Below are positions 60,353 to 64,000 of a stretch of DNA of 64,000 bases, in pieces. Within the stretch, counting starts at the first letter, position 1; the number at the start of each line of letters is the position of its first letter. Made by a program: the position numbers and the translations under genes. The notes under the pieces are model-generated. The model saw only the letters and a program-made list of their open reading frames with translations. It was not told the DNA's origin and did no database searches. The stretch is from Eledone cirrhosa (Eukaryota): positions 118,668,001 to 118,732,000 of the forward strand of contig OZ024744.1 in NCBI GenBank assembly GCA_964016885.1, in the 5' to 3' direction.

Positions 60353-63300
60353 ACAGAGGTATCCGGGAATGCCTGCATATTCTTCCAAAATAACACCATG
60401 CAGTAAATTTGTGGCTTCAGAATTCCTTGCAAACTACATGACTAAGGAATTAGGATCTGTGTGTATTGTCATTGAATGAGGAATTACGACATTGCTCATT
60501 CCAAAGCCTCTGGATAAACAACATTCTTGGTTTTGCCTTGTGGTGCCACAATGAAGAGACAATCAGGGTTCCCAACCATTGTTGTGCCAACATAGAGTTG
60601 ACCGTGTGAAAAGACAGGATCTGCCAGATTCAACCCAACAACTTTCAATGATTGCCCTTGAGATTTATTAATGGTCATGACAAAACTGAGCCTGATCGGA
60701 AATTGAAGTCTTTGAAATTCAAATGGCAAATCAGTTGGCTTCAGAGGTATTCTGGGAATGAAACAATTGTCACCAGCAAATTTTCCTGACATGATTGCAA
60801 CTTCTAGAATATTGGACATCATACTTTTGATGATGAGTCTTGTGCCATTACAAAGTTTTGGAGGATCCAGATTGCGAAGTAGCATAACCGATGCTCCAAG
60901 CTTCAGTATCAGGTTGTGTGGAGGAATTTCCGCTTGTTTAAGACTGTTCAAAAATTCAGTTGGATAGTTTACAACCAGGTCTTGAGAAGTGATTGTGTCA
61001 ACTGATTTGTAGCATATTTTCTCTCCCGGTAACATCTCCAGCAGTCTTCTGTTGATTTCTTTCACAGCAACATTTTTAGGTGCTAAGATTGCTCGTTCAC
61101 AGAGCCATTTCGGATCACATTGCCTGGTCTGAATGTTTGGAAACACTCTGGCAATCAGTTCTTGTTCTGTGTCAAGGATATGACCAACTGAATATGGTCA
61201 TTGGAGTCCATTTCCCAATTTAAGTAGTTGGATGGCAAACTCACTGACACCTTCGTCACCAGTTAAGTGCACTCGCATGTTGGTTGTAAGGCTCAGAGGC
61301 TGAAAGCGGGGCCAGAGATAGGATGTTTTCAGACAGGCATTGACTTGATCAGCTCGAGTCCCTCGAAGAATTACAGGCAGAATTTGTCTGAAATCACCAG
61401 CAAGAACCATTGTCACTCCTCCCATTATACAACTATTTTCTCTTAGATCCCTTATTGTCCGGTCCAAAGCTTCAATTGCTCCTTTATGGCTCATAGTAGC
61501 TTCATCCCAAATTATCATCTTGCATGTTTGCAGAAGCTTTCCCTTGGGTGAGTTCTTCTTGATGTTGCAAAAAGTCTGTTCATGCCATGTGAGATGTATG
61601 GGCAGCTTAAACATGGAGTGTGCAGTTCTTCCTCCATCCAGAAGTGTTGCTGCAATGCCACTTGAAGCTACAGCAAGGGCAATATGTTGTTTTTGGTGAA
61701 CCTTTGCAAGCAGGAGGTTTATGAGGAATGTCTTGCCTGTGCCAGCAGGAGCATCGATGAAGAAAAGTCTTCCCCTGTCATTTTGAATGTTTTTGATGAT
61801 GTTGTGGTAGGCGTATTTCTGGTCATCCATCAATCGATGTTTATTTTCATCCACAAATTTACGCAATGCTTGAATATCGTAGCTGGTCTCCTGAAAAATG
61901 TCTTGTGCTACCTCCATTTCTTCATCTGGCTCTGGCATCCTGCAGTTAGCTAATGTGCTATTCCTTGCCTGAACTCGATGGGACAGGTCACAGAGAGCTT
62001 ATTGTAAATCCTGGGGGTATATTCCATATACATATTGCCATGATGTCTTCGGGCTAGGTGTAGATAGTCGTCCGACATATTGTTTTTGTACTCCTGCCAG
62101 AGTAGATGAGCTTCATCAATTCCACATGCTGTGAGCATAATAGCAAATAATTGTCTTATTTGACTGGCTACTTGAGTGATTCCTGCTTCTTCTAGACACT
62201 TCTTCCAGTGTCCATTGTCATGCAGGAGTCCATGCTGTTTACATGCTTCTTGGTATGTTGCACACTCCCTTACTCTGAAGCACCTAAGATCCTCTAAAAT
62301 GACGTTGGTCCTCGAACAGTATGCAGAAGTAACCGTAAATAAAAAGATTCTCTGTTGTTGGGATGGACATGGTAAACACACCCAATAGCATCACTTGACT
62401 TGACTTCATGACCTTCCACTAAATGACCCTGCTTTCTTCGATTGCAGGTCTTGCAATTGTTCCAGGTGTAGTATATTGGGACTTCATCATATAGGAGGGA
62501 TCGAGCAAATTCATCATTCTGTCAGAGTTTAAAGAAAGCAGTTAGTGTAGTGTCATGTGATGCTTGTGCCAACTGATGAGCAGTGATATCAGTGAAGTAC
62601 ACTCTCTGTCCATTTTCCAGATGGCCTGCGAGGTTGACCACTGTTGGGTGGCGTTGGTGGATATCAAATCCAAAGATTCGCCAGATAGCTTCATTGCTAG
62701 AGATGTATCGACCTGTTTGATACCGTTTGACCTCATCCAGCCCACCATTGAGTTCTTTGTCAGTAATAAAGGTAGCCATGTCACTGCCCTTGTTGATATA
62801 TTTTGTGACATATAGGATTGCCTTGACGAAGCAGCAATACTCAACATTGATATGAGCTTTTAAAAGTTTACACAACAATTTGTTGTGTGGGACGACCCAC
62901 TGATTGTTTAGGCTTGCAGTATTGCCTCCATGTTCTGGTCTACGCCTACGATAAAGGGGTATCCATTATTGTCAGTCCGAGTTTCCCGAATAAAAGCTCT
63001 AGGAAAATGTTTGCTGCATTTTTGATCTTTCATGTAGGGAGAGGCTGGATTGATGACTCCACATGGACCATGAATGAGTTTGGACTTGATGGTTTCAAAG
63101 AGCTCTGGTCCACCACCTTTATCAGGCAACTCTGCTGAAATGATCTTATCAATATCATCTGGTCTTATCTTCTCCTTGCCCCAGATTAGTGTGTGAGAGT
63201 GAGGAAGCCCTCTCTTCTGCCACTCAATAGTGGTCATCCAAGTACTAAGCTCACCAAAGATTCTTCCTCCTTTTAGGCGCCAGATGACTTTTTTTTGCTT

Positions 63301-64000
63301 TTCATGGAAAACCCGAGCAATGAGGTCATGTCGATCCTTTGGTTTTTGATTTTGAAATAATTCATTTGATATTTCTGACCAGTTTGAATTGCATGTAAAT
63401 GTAATGAAGAGATCTGGCCGACCAAATTTTCTGACATAGGCCATTGCATCTTGCGTACATTCATGCATGTAACGTGGTCCTCCCGTGAAGCTTGATGGTA
63501 GTATGACTGGCTGGCCAATATTTCTTGGGTCAACATCAGAATTGACGGCATCTCTAAGGTGGATGTAGTTATCTGCCCTCAACTTAGTTTGATTCCTTCG
63601 CAGAAAACCCAATCTTTCTGTTTCAATTTTGGCATACATGTGCACCATGAACTGGCTGGGTACTTCTTTGAATCACAGAATTTGGTTGAAGTGGTCACGT
63701 ACCATGAAATGATAAGAATAGAATTCTTTGCAGCTGATTGATCGGCCAGTTTCTTGTCCCGTTCTGGGCTGATCTGCCGTAGCTAACAATGATATCCATC
63801 TTGACCATTCCAAAAGATGAGCGGATATTGGAGTGAATCATAGGCTCTATGAGTTTCACAAATTCGCTACAAATGTCCACTTTGTTTTTGCAAAACGATG
63901 TCACGTCGTTAATGCTGTTCATCAACCATTATGATTGTAACTTCATCAGTGACAGGTGCATTGAATCCGCGTTCATGTTCTGAATCTGGGCGTTTGTCTG
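60353..64000 (-). mobile_element. Decayed Helitron (RepHel: HUH/Y2 Rep and Pif1-family helicase), extends beyond the window
   Basis: Rep motifs DLFITFTCN, IEWQKRGLPHSH, YVTKYINK; helicase motifs DAPAGTGKT, IIWDEATM, GDFRQILPV, TINKSQGQSL, FSHGQLYV; split by stops and frameshifts; decayed hairpin/CTAG-like terminus near 60353-60375. Confidence 0.95.

Noticed and set aside
60496-61938. Host PIF1 helicase gene
   Set aside because: Intronless, fused to HUH/Y2 Rep motifs and disrupted by stops, so a Helitron

Overview
Eukaryotic, repeat-saturated genomic DNA. The RTE LINEs with (GAT)n tails and the CORE-type and Meta/Nin-type tRNA-SINEs suggest an octopod cephalopod (inference). The only host coding sequence I can support is the terminal exon of an unidentified minus-strand gene (53753-54571, ending ...YDSTYEISV*), followed by about 5 kb of TE-free AT-rich putative 3' UTR. 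The rest is three large tandem arrays (73-bp satellite, 48-bp minisatellite, ~60-bp microsatellite-containing minisatellite), many decayed RTE-clade LINEs, Gypsy LTR remnants, SINEs, a maT/Tc1-mariner with a nested TTAA MITE, Penelope-like inverted repeats with hammerhead ribozyme motifs, and a decayed Helitron. Most notable: (1) a C4HC3 PHD finger embedded inside the reverse transcriptase of several RTE subfamilies; (2) a 7.6-kb, ~159-copy minisatellite that grew in place from a 48-bp unit of an RTE 3' UTR; (3) four hammerhead-like motifs and an H-type pseudoknot at an RTE 5' end; (4) a 1.6-kb nested foldback beside the host exon. Coordinates of decayed elements are approximate and family assignments come from recognised motifs, not database searches.
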